DNA of 64,000 nucleotides. Source: Bacteroidales bacterium. Lineage in GTDB: Bacteria; Bacteroidota; Bacteroidia; Bacteroidales; UBA932. A program made the position numbers and the translations under genes. The notes beneath the pieces are model-generated. The model was not told where the DNA came from. It made no database searches and worked only from the letters and a program-made list of their open reading frames with translations. The stretch covers positions 102,491 to 166,490 of the forward strand of contig JAFQFD010000038.1 in NCBI GenBank assembly GCA_017415715.1, given 5' to 3'. Shown here in pieces: positions 29,134 to 38,361 of the stretch (within the stretch, counting starts at the first letter, position 1; the number at the start of each line of letters is the position of its first letter).

Positions 29134-31416
29134 ATGTACAGAAAACTTTTATTAATCAGTGCTCTCTGTGTAGCCTTGGCTTCATGTTCAGGCCCTAAGA
29201 GCGAAATGGACAGGTTCATCGATGACCTTATGGAGCAGATGACTGTCGAAGAAAAGATCGGACAGCTTAACCTTCCTGTTGCAGGTGATATCGTGACAGG
29301 ACAGGCAAAGAGCAGCAATGTGTCTGAGAGGATCCGTGCAGGAGAGGTCGGAGGACTCTTCAATCTCAAGGGTGCGGATAAGATCAGAGAAGTCCAGAGA
29401 ATCGCAGTAGAGGAATCTCGTCTTGGTATTCCTATCCTTTTCGGTATGGATGTGATTCATGGTTATGAGACTATCTTTCCTATTCCGCTCGGACTCTCAT
29501 GCTCGTGGGATATGGAAGCGGTGGAACTTTCTGCCCGCATCGCTGCGGAAGAGGCCAGTGCTGATGGTATCTGCTGGACATTCAGCCCTATGGTTGACGT
29601 ATCAAGGGATCCTCGTTGGGGCCGTGTAAGCGAGGGCTCAGGCGAAGATACATATCTTGGCTGCCGTATTGCAGAGGCTATGGTACGCGGATACCAGGGT
29701 CCTGACAAGGAGACTCAGCTTACCCGTGATGACCAGATTCTTGCATGTGTGAAGCACTTTGCTCTCTATGGCGCTCCTGAGGCAGGCCGTGACTATAACA
29801 CCGTGGATATGAGCCACCTTCGTATGTATAATGAGTATTTCCCGCCATATAAGGCTGCGGTTGATGCCGGCGCCGGTTCTGTGATGGCATCATTCAATGA
29901 GGTTGATGGCGTTCCTGCTACAGGAAATCACTGGCTCATGACTGAGGTTCTCCGCAATCAGTGGGGATTCGATGGATTCGTTGTGACAGACTATACAGGT
30001 ATTTATGAGATGATCGCTCACGGTATCGGTGATTTCGAGTCAGTCAGCGTTCAGGCTCTCAAGGCAGGTATCGATATGGATATGGTCAGCGAGGGTTTTG
30101 TAGGCAATGTCAAGAATGCTCTTGACAAGGGTATTGTGGATATGAAGGATATTGATATCGCATGCCGCCGCATCCTTGAGGCTAAGTACAGACTTGGTCT
30201 CTTCGACGACCCATACAAGTTCTGCAGAGCAGAGCAGGCTGCTGAGGAGGTTTATTGCCAGGAGCACAGGGATATCGCAAGAAAGATCGCTACGGAGAGT
30301 TTCGTGCTTCTCAAGAACGAGGGCGTGCTTCCTTTGAAGAAGCAGGGTACCATCGGTCTAATCGGCCCTCTTGCCGATACAAGAAGCAACATGCCAGGTA
30401 CATGGTCTGTGGCTGCACGTTTTGATGTGCCTAAGACTATCCGTGAGGGTCTTACCGAGGCCGTTGCAGGCAAGGCCAAGGTGCTTTATGCAAAGGGCTC
30501 GAACCTTACTTCTGACTACGATCTCGAGATGCGTTCTACAATGTTCGGACGCGAGCTCGGAAGAGATAATCGTACTGATGCTCAGCTTCTTAACGAGGCT
30601 CTTGCAGTAGCGCGCAAGTCTGATGTGATCGTTGCCGCTCTCGGTGAGTCGTCTGAGATGAGTGGTGAGAGCTCTTCAAGATCTGAGATCTCTATTCCGG
30701 ATGTACAGCAGCAGCTTCTCAAGGCTCTCGTTGCAACAGGCAAGCCTGTAGTCCTCCTTCTTTTCAACGGTCGTCCTCTTACTCTCAACTGGGAGGCAGA
30801 GAATGTGCCTGCAATCCTCGATGTATGGTTCGGAGGTAGCGAGACTGCTGACGCTGTAGCTGATGTGATCTTCGGTGATGTCAACCCTTCTGGTAAGCTT
30901 ACCATGTCATTCCCTAAGAACGTCGGTCAGGTTCCTCTCTACTATGCTGCCAAGAACACAGGTCGTCCTCTCCTCGAGGGCCGCTGGTTCGAGAAGTTCC
31001 GTTCTAACTACCTCGATGTTGACAATGCGCCTCTCTATCCGTTCGGTTATGGTCTTTCATACACCACATTCGAGTACAGTCCTATAGCAATCAGTGCGAC
31101 AGAGGTGACTGCCGGCGGTACTGTGACAGCAGAGGTTACCGTAACCAACACCGGTGCCGTAGAGGGTAAGGAGGTAGTGCAGATGTATCTTCAGGATGTT
31201 GTAGGTACAACCACACGTCCGGTGCGTGAGCTCAAGGGCTTCGAGAAGATTTCACTTGCCCCAGGCGAAAGCAAGGTCGTGAAGTTTGAGATCACTCCAG
31301 AGCTTATGAGCCACTACAACTCAGATCTTGAGTTTGTGGCTGAGCCAGGTGAGTTCATCGTATCAGTGGGTCCGGATTCAAGCACAAGGAACTCTGCTTC
31401 ATTCGTTCTGAAATAA
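29134..31416 (+). CDS. bglX: GH3 beta-glucosidase (BglX-like)
   Basis: MTVEEKIGQL, GMDVIHG, RDPRWGR, CVKHFA, nucleophile VVTDY, PLYPFGYGLSYT, C-terminal Fn3-like domain. Start at MYRK (29134). Confidence 0.93.
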   Translation: MYRKLLLISALCVALASCSGPKSEMDRFIDDLMEQMTVEEKIGQLNLPVAGDIVTGQAKSSNVSERIRAGEVGGLFNLKGADKIREVQRIAVEESRLGIPILFGMDVIHGYETIFPIPLGLSCSWDMEAVELSARIAAEEASADGICWTFSPMVDVSRDPRWGRVSEGSGEDTYLGCRIAEAMVRGYQGPDKETQLTRDDQILACVKHFALYGAPEAGRDYNTVDMSHLRMYNEYFPPYKAAVDAGAGSVMASFNEVDGVPATGNHWLMTEVLRNQWGFDGFVVTDYTGIYEMIAHGIGDFESVSVQALKAGIDMDMVSEGFVGNVKNALDKGIVDMKDIDIACRRILEAKYRLGLFDDPYKFCRAEQAAEEVYCQEHRDIARKIATESFVLLKNEGVLPLKKQGTIGLIGPLADTRSNMPGTWSVAARFDVPKTIREGLTEAVAGKAKVLYAKGSNLTSDYDLEMRSTMFGRELGRDNRTDAQLLNEALAVARKSDVIVAALGESSEMSGESSSRSEISIPDVQQQLLKALVATGKPVVLLLFNGRPLTLNWEAENVPAILDVWFGGSETADAVADVIFGDVNPSGKLTMSFPKNVGQVPLYYAAKNTGRPLLEGRWFEKFRSNYLDVDNAPLYPFGYGLSYTTFEYSPIAISATEVTAGGTVTAEVTVTNTGAVEGKEVVQMYLQDVVGTTTRPVRELKGFEKISLAPGESKVVKFEITPELMSHYNSDLEFVAEPGEFIVSVGPDSSTRNSASFVLK

Positions 31417-31470
31417 GGTTCCTGATTAGGAATAAATTCTTATATTTGTGTCCCATAGCCGCAAGAGGAT

Positions 31471-31686
31471 ATGGGACACTTTCATATGGGATACACAGCA
31501 GAACAACTTTTTCAGATGGCGCAGGAATCTCGCAGAAACAGACGTTTCGGAGATGCAATAAACCTCTTCAGAGCAGCCTCGGCTGCCCCTGATGCCACAG
31601 AAGACATAAGACGGACATGTCTTGCTTCAATAAACCTGATTCAGGAGATAAACGGCTTTGTGAACACCGACCTTATGAATCCATGA
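31471..31686 (+). CDS. Small TPR-like protein (Bacteroidetes conserved type)
   Basis: Helical FGDAINLFRAA segment and C-terminal FVNTDLMNP. Own TAnnTTTG (TATATTTG) at 31441-31448. Start may be 31486. Confidence 0.6.
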   Translation: MGHFHMGYTAEQLFQMAQESRRNRRFGDAINLFRAASAAPDATEDIRRTCLASINLIQEINGFVNTDLMNP

Positions 31687-31704
31687 GGCCGGTGTTTTGT
31701 TTTT

Positions 31705-31812
31705 GTGCTCGGTGGTCGTTTTGTGTGACGACCGGGCACGGCAATGTGCCATATATTGCGTCAGTTGATGATTCGTGTGCTCGGTGGTCGGTAATAATGA
31801 CCACCGAGCACA
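31705..31812. repeat. Two tandem copies of the palindrome GTGCTCGGTGGTC-N9-GACCACCGAGCAC
   Basis: Copy 1 at 31705-31739 (2 arm mismatches), copy 2 at 31776-31812 (perfect 14-bp arms). Loops differ in sequence but are both 9 nt. Period 72 bp. Confidence 0.85.
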
Positions 31813-31863
31813 TTTGTTATGACAATATGCCTTGGTCAACATCAATTTCTGCAAAACTTTCTC

Positions 31864-31871
31864 TATATTTG
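31864..31871 (+). promoter_or_regulatory. -7 element (TATATTTG) for the purE-purL-purF operon
   Basis: TAnnTTTG match about 60 nt upstream of the purE ATG. Confidence 0.55.
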
Positions 31872-31929
31872 TAACTTGGTTTACTTTGGATCGAAACAAC
31901 ATACAAACAACCATACAACCTTGGAAAAT

Positions 31930-32397
31930 ATGAAAATTGCAGTCATCATGGGCTCGACCAGCGACCTTGACATCATGTCGCAGGCGATCACGGTCCTCGA
32001 GGACCTCGGAGTAGAGGTGGTCAAGAAAGTAATCAGCGCACACAGGACACCTGACCTCATGTGCGAGTTTGCAAAATCAGCGAAGGCGAACGGCATCGGA
32101 GCCATCATCGCCGGAGCGGGCGGAGCCGCCCACGTGGCAGGCGTCGTTGCAGGCATGACCACAGTGCCGGTGATCGGAGTCCCTATCCAGACCAAGGCTC
32201 TCGGCGGAATGGATTCTCTTCTTTCCATCGTGCAGATGCCTGCAGGCATCCCGGTAGCCACAATGGCCATCAACGGAGCCAAGAACGCCGGTCTTTTCGC
32301 AGCACAGATCCTTGCATTGACAGATGCAGAACTCTCGGCAAGACTTGACGAGTTCAGGAGACAGCAGACACAGAAAGTTCTAGACGCAACAATCTAA
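31930..32397 (+). CDS. purE: N5-carboxyaminoimidazole ribonucleotide mutase
   Basis: IMGSTSD, SAHRTP, AGAGGAAH, PVIGVP, SIVQMPAGIPVAT. Start at MKIAV. Confidence 0.97.
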   Translation: MKIAVIMGSTSDLDIMSQAITVLEDLGVEVVKKVISAHRTPDLMCEFAKSAKANGIGAIIAGAGGAAHVAGVVAGMTTVPVIGVPIQTKALGGMDSLLSIVQMPAGIPVATMAINGAKNAGLFAAQILALTDAELSARLDEFRRQQTQKVLDATI

Positions 32398-32400
32398 CAT

Positions 32401-35400
32401 ATGAGCAACTATCGCATTTTCGTAGAAAAGTACCCTGAATTTCAGGTAGAGGCACGCAGCCTTCTGAGCGAGCTGAATGAGAATCTTCAGCTCAGTCTTG
32501 GATCGCTGCGTCTGCTTAATGTGTACGACCTCTTCGGCTTCTCGGAGGAACTCCTTGAGAAGAGCCGCTACAGCGTGTTCGGAGAGATCGTTACAGACAG
32601 CGTGACTGATGAGTGTGACCTCTCAGGAGCTAAATACATCGCCGTGGAGTACCTTCCAGGCCAGTTTGACCAGCGCGCGGCATCGGCTGTAGACTGCGTG
32701 CGCCTCATCGATCCTTCGGCAAAGGTGAGCATCAAGAGCTCGAAGCTCATAATCCTCCCTGCCGACACGACTGAAGAGGTAATAGCCAGAATCAAGAAAT
32801 ATTACATCAATGCAGTGGAGTCACGCGAAAAGGACCTCGCGAAGCTTACAGCCCTGGAGCAGCCTGAGGTTGCGCCGGTGCCTGTGCTTGAGGGGCTCAC
32901 AGCGCTGACAGAGGAAGAACTTGCTCCATATTGCAGGAAGATGGGTCTTGCCATGAATGCAGACGACCTTCGTGAGGTGGTGAAGTACTTCAAGGCGGAA
33001 GGCCGCGATCCATATGAGACGGAGCTCCGCATCCTGGATACATATTGGAGCGACCACTGCCGTCATACCACATTCACTACAGAGCTTGAGGACATCAATG
33101 TCGAGGATTCGTTCCTTAAGGAAGAGATTGACGGCACCCTCAATCTCTACATGAAGATCCGCAAGGAGCTCGGACGTGAGCACAAGGGCCTGAACCTCAT
33201 GGACATGGCCACGGTAGGCGCCCGTTACCTCAAGGCAAAGGGCCTTCTGGACGACATGGAGGTCAGCGAAGAGAACAATGCATGCAGCATATATGTAGAT
33301 GTAGACATCGTCGACGACGAGGGAGAGATGACCACAGAGAAGTGGCTCCTTCAGTTCAAGAACGAGACACATAACCACCCGACAGAGATCGAGCCGTTCG
33401 GCGGAGCGGCGACCTGCCTTGGCGGCGCCATCCGCGACCCGCTCTCAGGCCGTGCATATGTATATCAGGCAATGCGCGTGACAGGTGCAGGCGACATCTA
33501 TCTCCCTGTGTCTGAGACAATGGCAGGCAAGCTGCCTCAGAGCATCATCAGCCGCAAGGCCGCTCATGGCTATTCAAGCTATGGCAACCAGATCGGTCTG
33601 GCAACAACTCATGTGCGCGAGATCTATCATGAGGGCTATGTGGCAAAGCGCCTCGAGGTGGGAGCTGTCGTAGGAGCCGTAAAGGCTGACAGCGTACGCC
33701 GCGAGAGCCCGGCGCCTGGCGATGTGGTCCTCCTCCTCGGAGGACGCACCGGCCGCGACGGAGTCGGCGGAGCGACAGGTTCGTCAAAGGAGCACACCGA
33801 GGAGTCTCTCGAGACCTGCGGAAGTGAGGTGCAGAAGGGAAATGCTCCTGAGGAGAGAAAGCTCCAGAGGCTTTTCCGCCGTCCTGAGGTGACAAGGCTC
33901 ATCAAGAAATCTAACGACTTCGGAGCCGGCGGAGTCAGTGTTGCGATCGGCGAGCTGACCGACGGTCTTGACATCTACCTTGACAGAGTGCCGGTGAAAT
34001 ATAACGGACTCAACTCTACAGAACTGGCTATCAGCGAGTCTCAGGAGCGTATGTCTGTCGTTATCGAGGCAAAGGACAAGGAGGCCATGATGGCATATTG
34101 CGCAAGCGAGAATGTCGAGGTCACTCATGTTGCGGATGTCACCGACAGAGGTCGTATGCGCATGTTCCAGGGCGACAGGATGGTGGTGGACCTTTCAAGG
34201 GAGTTCATCGACAGCGCCGGAGCGAAGCATTATGCAAAGGCGACAGTTGGCGCAGTGGAGCAGAAGAATCCGTTCGAGCGCGAAGTTCCGGGTGACAACC
34301 TCCGCGACAAGGTGTTCCACAACCTCCAGGATCCTAACGTGACTTCACAGAAGGGTCTCATCGAGATGTTCGACTCTACAATCGGACGTTCGACAGTCCT
34401 CATGCCGTTCGGAGGTATGCTCCAGACAACAGAGACCCAGGTTTCCGTGCAGAAGCTTCCGACTGACGGATATACAGATACAGCGTCAATCATGGCGTTC
34501 GGATACAACCCGTTCATAGCAAGCTGGAGCCCGTACCACGGAGCGGCATATGCAGTGGTTGAGGCTTGTGCAAAGGTCGTTGCGGCAGGTGCTTCATATG
34601 AGAAGATGCGTTTCTCTTACCAGGAGTATTTCGAGCGCATGACAGACCGCAAGTCATGGGGCAAGCCGCTTTCAGCGCTCCTCGGAGCCCTGAAGATGCA
34701 GGTTGAGTTCGGCCTTCCGTCAATCGGAGGAAAGGACTCTATGAGCGGAACATTCGAGAATATCAATGTGCCTCCGATGCTCATGGCCTTCGGTATAACT
34801 ACGGTCGATGCAGGCCAGGTGATTTCTCCTGAACTCAAGTATGAAGGCAACAAGCTCTATCTCATAAAGCATACTCCGCTTGCGAACCATATGCCTGACG
34901 TAGAGCAGCTCAAGGCCAACTGGAACTACATCCATGAGCAGATCCAGGCAGAGAACATCGTTTCCGGATATGCTCTCGGATTCGGAGGACTTGCTGAAGC
35001 GATCTGCAAGATGTCATTCGGTAACGGTCTTGATGCAAAGATCAGATATGACGAGAAGGAACTCTTCAACTATGGCTACGGATCCATCCTCGTTGAGGCT
35101 GAGGAGGAACTCGACTGGCCGAATGCAATCCTCATAGGAGAGGTTACAGACGGCGAGGAGAGCGAACTCACCATCAACGGCAAGAAGTTCGACATCTTCG
35201 AGCTCATGGCTGTGAACGGAGCGAAGTTCGCCGAGGTTTACCCTGACACTGCGGAGGCATATCACAAGAAGCTTGTTCCTGCAGGAATGCAGGGCGTGAA
35301 GCCTCTCAAGGTCAAGAGGTCTGAAATGAAATATAAGGGTGAGCCTGTGGAGAAGCCGATAGCATATCTTCCTGTCTTCCCGGGTACAAACTGTGACTAT

Positions 35401-36159
35401 GATTCAGCGAAGGCATGGCGCAATGCCGGAGCGGAAGTGCGCATGAGCGTGTTCTGCAACCTGACCGAAGACGACATCTTCAGGTCTATCGCTGAAATGA
35501 AGAAGAATATCGACGAGTGTCATATCCTCATGCTCTGCGGCGGATTCTCTGCAGGAGATGAGCCGGACGGAAGCGGCAAGTTCATTGCCAATGTCCTGAA
35601 CAATAGGGATATAGCTGAAGCTATCCATGCTCTCATAGATCGCGGCGGCCTCATCCTCGGCATCTGTAACGGATTCCAGGCCCTCGTGAAGTCGGGTCTC
35701 CTCCCTTACGGACGTCTCGGCCAGGTGACAAAGGACAGCCCTACACTCTTCCGCAACGACATCAACCGTCACATCTCGCAGATGGTGACTACTCGTGTCG
35801 CTACCACTAATTCTCCATGGCTCAAGGACTTCGCCATCGGTGACCTCCATACTATCGCAGTGAGCCACGGTGAGGGTAAATTCGTTGTCAATGAGGAGCT
35901 TGCGAAAGAACTCTTCGCTAACGGCCAGGTGGCTTTCCAGTATGTGGATCCTCTCGAGGAGGAGCCTACTATGGAGTCTCCATACAATCCTAACGGATCA
36001 TATTATGCGATTGAGGGTATCATCAGCCGCAACGGACAGATACTTGGAAAGATGGGACATACCGAGCGTTTCGAGGAGAATCTCTTCAAGAATATTGACG
36101 ACGATACTCGCGAGCAGCCATTGTTCCATAATGCAGTAGAATACTTTAGAGGTGAATAG
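32401..36159 (+). CDS. purL: Phosphoribosylformylglycinamidine synthase, large fused (clostridial-type) form
   Basis: DTYWSDHCRH, KNETHNHPTEIEPFGGA, GGKDSMSG, glutaminase FPGTNC, GICNGFQ, GKMGHTER. Confidence 0.97.
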   Translation: MSNYRIFVEKYPEFQVEARSLLSELNENLQLSLGSLRLLNVYDLFGFSEELLEKSRYSVFGEIVTDSVTDECDLSGAKYIAVEYLPGQFDQRAASAVDCVRLIDPSAKVSIKSSKLIILPADTTEEVIARIKKYYINAVESREKDLAKLTALEQPEVAPVPVLEGLTALTEEELAPYCRKMGLAMNADDLREVVKYFKAEGRDPYETELRILDTYWSDHCRHTTFTTELEDINVEDSFLKEEIDGTLNLYMKIRKELGREHKGLNLMDMATVGARYLKAKGLLDDMEVSEENNACSIYVDVDIVDDEGEMTTEKWLLQFKNETHNHPTEIEPFGGAATCLGGAIRDPLSGRAYVYQAMRVTGAGDIYLPVSETMAGKLPQSIISRKAAHGYSSYGNQIGLATTHVREIYHEGYVAKRLEVGAVVGAVKADSVRRESPAPGDVVLLLGGRTGRDGVGGATGSSKEHTEESLETCGSEVQKGNAPEERKLQRLFRRPEVTRLIKKSNDFGAGGVSVAIGELTDGLDIYLDRVPVKYNGLNSTELAISESQERMSVVIEAKDKEAMMAYCASENVEVTHVADVTDRGRMRMFQGDRMVVDLSREFIDSAGAKHYAKATVGAVEQKNPFEREVPGDNLRDKVFHNLQDPNVTSQKGLIEMFDSTIGRSTVLMPFGGMLQTTETQVSVQKLPTDGYTDTASIMAFGYNPFIASWSPYHGAAYAVVEACAKVVAAGASYEKMRFSYQEYFERMTDRKSWGKPLSALLGALKMQVEFGLPSIGGKDSMSGTFENINVPPMLMAFGITTVDAGQVISPELKYEGNKLYLIKHTPLANHMPDVEQLKANWNYIHEQIQAENIVSGYALGFGGLAEAICKMSFGNGLDAKIRYDEKELFNYGYGSILVEAEEELDWPNAILIGEVTDGEESELTINGKKFDIFELMAVNGAKFAEVYPDTAEAYHKKLVPAGMQGVKPLKVKRSEMKYKGEPVEKPIAYLPVFPGTNCDYDSAKAWRNAGAEVRMSVFCNLTEDDIFRSIAEMKKNIDECHILMLCGGFSAGDEPDGSGKFIANVLNNRDIAEAIHALIDRGGLILGICNGFQALVKSGLLPYGRLGQVTKDSPTLFRNDINRHISQMVTTRVATTNSPWLKDFAIGDLHTIAVSHGEGKFVVNEELAKELFANGQVAFQYVDPLEEEPTMESPYNPNGSYYAIEGIISRNGQILGKMGHTERFEENLFKNIDDDTREQPLFHNAVEYFRGE

Positions 36160-36160
36160 T

Positions 36161-37558
36161 ATGTGTAAGTGTAACAAATTCAGGGATGACAAGCTGCATC
36201 ACGAGTGTGGTGTGCTTGGCATATATGGTGTTGAGGATGCAGCAGGCCTGGCTTATTATGGCCTGCACGCCCTTCAGCACAGAGGACAGCAGGGATGCGG
36301 CATTGTGTCTGTGGCCTCTGACGGACAGTTCCATAGGGTAAAGGGAGACGGTCTGGTGTCTGAGGTGTTCAACGAGCAGAAGCTGGCAAAGCTGCCTGGC
36401 AAGATGGCCATAGGTCATGTTCGCTACAGCAATGCCGGATGCAAAGGTACGGAGAACATCCAGCCTTTCCTCTTCCATCATAATTCAGGTGACTTTGCGA
36501 TGGCCAACAACGGCCAGATCGTGAACTATAATCAGCTCCGCCAGGAGCTTGAGGACAAGGGCAGCCTCTTCCAGTCATCTTCGGATGCTGAGGTGCTCGC
36601 CCACCTGATCAAGAAGCAGGGGACAGACAAGCATCTTCCTCGTATTCATTCGCTCAAGAACGCCCTCAACATGCTTGACGGCGCATTCTCCTTCCTGGTG
36701 ATGACAGGACGACGCATCTATGCGTGCCGCGACAAGTACGGATTCCATCCGCTTGCGATCGGCAAGCTCGGCGACGGCTATGTGGTTGCCAGCGAGACAT
36801 GTGCATTCGATGTGCTTGGAGCAGAATATATCCGCGACGTGGAGCCGGGCGAGATCGTGACTCTCGATCACCACGGTATCCGCAGCCAGTTCTATTCAGA
36901 GCCTAAGCGTCATGCGTTGTGTGCGATGGAGTATGTATACTTTGCGCGTCCTGACAGTGACATCGAGGGATGTAATGTGCATAATTACAGAAAGGAATCC
37001 GGCAGGATTCTCTTCCAGGAGGCTCCGGCCGATGCTGACATCGTCATCGGAGTGCCTGATTCGAGTCTCAGTGCCGCTCAGGGATATGCGGAGGCCAGCG
37101 GTCTTCCGTATGAGATGGGACTCATCAAGAGCAAGTATGTGGGACGTACTTTCATCCTTCCGACGCAGTCTATGCGTGAGAAGGGCGTCAAGATGAAGCT
37201 TTCGCCGGTGAAGACCATCGTCAAGGGCAAGAGGGTAGTGCTGGTGGACGATTCGATTGTACGCGGAACCACATCGTTGAAGATTGTCAAGATGCTTCGT
37301 GAGGCAGGTGCGGCTGAGGTGCATGTGCGCATAGCAAGCGCCCCTCTGAAGTACACCTGCTACTATGGCGTGGACGTACATACACCTCAGGAGCTCATCA
37401 GCAACGCCAACAGCGTGGAGCAGGTCTGCAAGCTCATCGACGCCGACTCGCTCGCGTTCCTTTCGCACGAGGGAATGCTCGCGGCGGGTCATCGCGATGA
37501 CCTCTGCCTTGCATGCTTCAACCATGAATATCCTACACAACTTTATACGGAAGAGTGA
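36161..37558 (+). CDS. purF: Amidophosphoribosyltransferase (propeptide, Fe-S type)
   Basis: Propeptide ending at E|CG, LQHRGQ, GHVRYS, EYVYFARPDS, VDDSIVRGTT, CYYG, CLACF. Confidence 0.97.
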   Translation: MCKCNKFRDDKLHHECGVLGIYGVEDAAGLAYYGLHALQHRGQQGCGIVSVASDGQFHRVKGDGLVSEVFNEQKLAKLPGKMAIGHVRYSNAGCKGTENIQPFLFHHNSGDFAMANNGQIVNYNQLRQELEDKGSLFQSSSDAEVLAHLIKKQGTDKHLPRIHSLKNALNMLDGAFSFLVMTGRRIYACRDKYGFHPLAIGKLGDGYVVASETCAFDVLGAEYIRDVEPGEIVTLDHHGIRSQFYSEPKRHALCAMEYVYFARPDSDIEGCNVHNYRKESGRILFQEAPADADIVIGVPDSSLSAAQGYAEASGLPYEMGLIKSKYVGRTFILPTQSMREKGVKMKLSPVKTIVKGKRVVLVDDSIVRGTTSLKIVKMLREAGAAEVHVRIASAPLKYTCYYGVDVHTPQELISNANSVEQVCKLIDADSLAFLSHEGMLAAGHRDDLCLACFNHEYPTQLYTEE

Positions 37559-37569
37559 TCCGGTCGCTT

Positions 37570-38361
37570 ATGAAGATTGCAAGAATACTGACAACAGCCA
37601 TCGCGATGCTTCTGCTGGCCGGATGTGATCAGGAGAATAAAGTCTCTCTGACATTGGTCCAGTATAACGTCGGAGCATTCAGCAAATATGACAGCAGCAG
37701 CGTGGAAGCCATAGCGGAGGCGGTCATGGAAATGAAGGCTGACGCCGTGACACTCAACGAAGTGGACAGCTGCACAGTCCGGACAGGAGGCTTGGACCAG
37801 CTTGGGGCATTTGCCGAGAGCATGGGAGGATGGAATCATCACTATGCTGCGGCTATGCCTTATCAGGGCGGAGCCTACGGCGTAGGCGTCGCTTCTGCAC
37901 CGGCCCTCAAGGTTGTGCGTACTGATAAGGTCGCACTTCCTCGCCTGGACGGCCGTGAGCCACGCGCCGTGTCTGTGGTGGAGTATGAGGACTTTGTACT
38001 CGCATCTACCCATCTGGACCTGACTCTTGAGTCGCAGCTGGGCCAGATCGAGGTGATCAACCACTATATGGATAGCGTCTACAGGGACTCTGCAAAGCCG
38101 GTTTTCCTCGGCGGTGACTTCAACTGCGAGCCAGGCAGCGAGCCTCTGCTTCTCATGGAAAAGACCTGGGAACTGCTGTCAGTGACTTCGTATACATATC
38201 CTTCAGAAGCGCCACGCAAGTGCATAGACTTCATTTATGTGAGGCCTAATGGCAGGACTGTGACAGTTGCAGGCACAGAGGTTCCGACAGATCTGCACAC
38301 TGTTGATCTGGCTGTCGCATCCGACCATCTTCCGGTTATAGTCAAAGTGGAAATTGAATAA
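37570..38361 (+). CDS. Endonuclease/exonuclease/phosphatase (EEP) family lipoprotein
   Basis: Lipobox LAGC, QYNV, LNEVD, STHLD, GGDFN, CIDFI, SDHLP. Confidence 0.9.
   Translation: MKIARILTTAIAMLLLAGCDQENKVSLTLVQYNVGAFSKYDSSSVEAIAEAVMEMKADAVTLNEVDSCTVRTGGLDQLGAFAESMGGWNHHYAAAMPYQGGAYGVGVASAPALKVVRTDKVALPRLDGREPRAVSVVEYEDFVLASTHLDLTLESQLGQIEVINHYMDSVYRDSAKPVFLGGDFNCEPGSEPLLLMEKTWELLSVTSYTYPSEAPRKCIDFIYVRPNGRTVTVAGTEVPTDLHTVDLAVASDHLPVIVKVEIE

Noticed and set aside
31705-31812. Possible CRISPR mini-array (~36-bp repeats, 36-bp spacer)
   Set aside because: Only two units, their central 9 nt differ, and there is no cas gene or clear leader in the window. Kept as a palindromic repeat.
31872-31929. 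Possible purine or ZTP riboswitch ahead of purE (also checked before purM, purH and purD)
   Set aside because: The leaders are short and AT-rich, with no recognisable aptamer consensus or terminator by eye.
31627-32043. Small ORFs over the repeat region (31617-31874 +, 31627-32043 -) and the 37-codon upstream extension of purE
   Set aside because: They run through palindromic repeats and the promoter, with no protein-like features.
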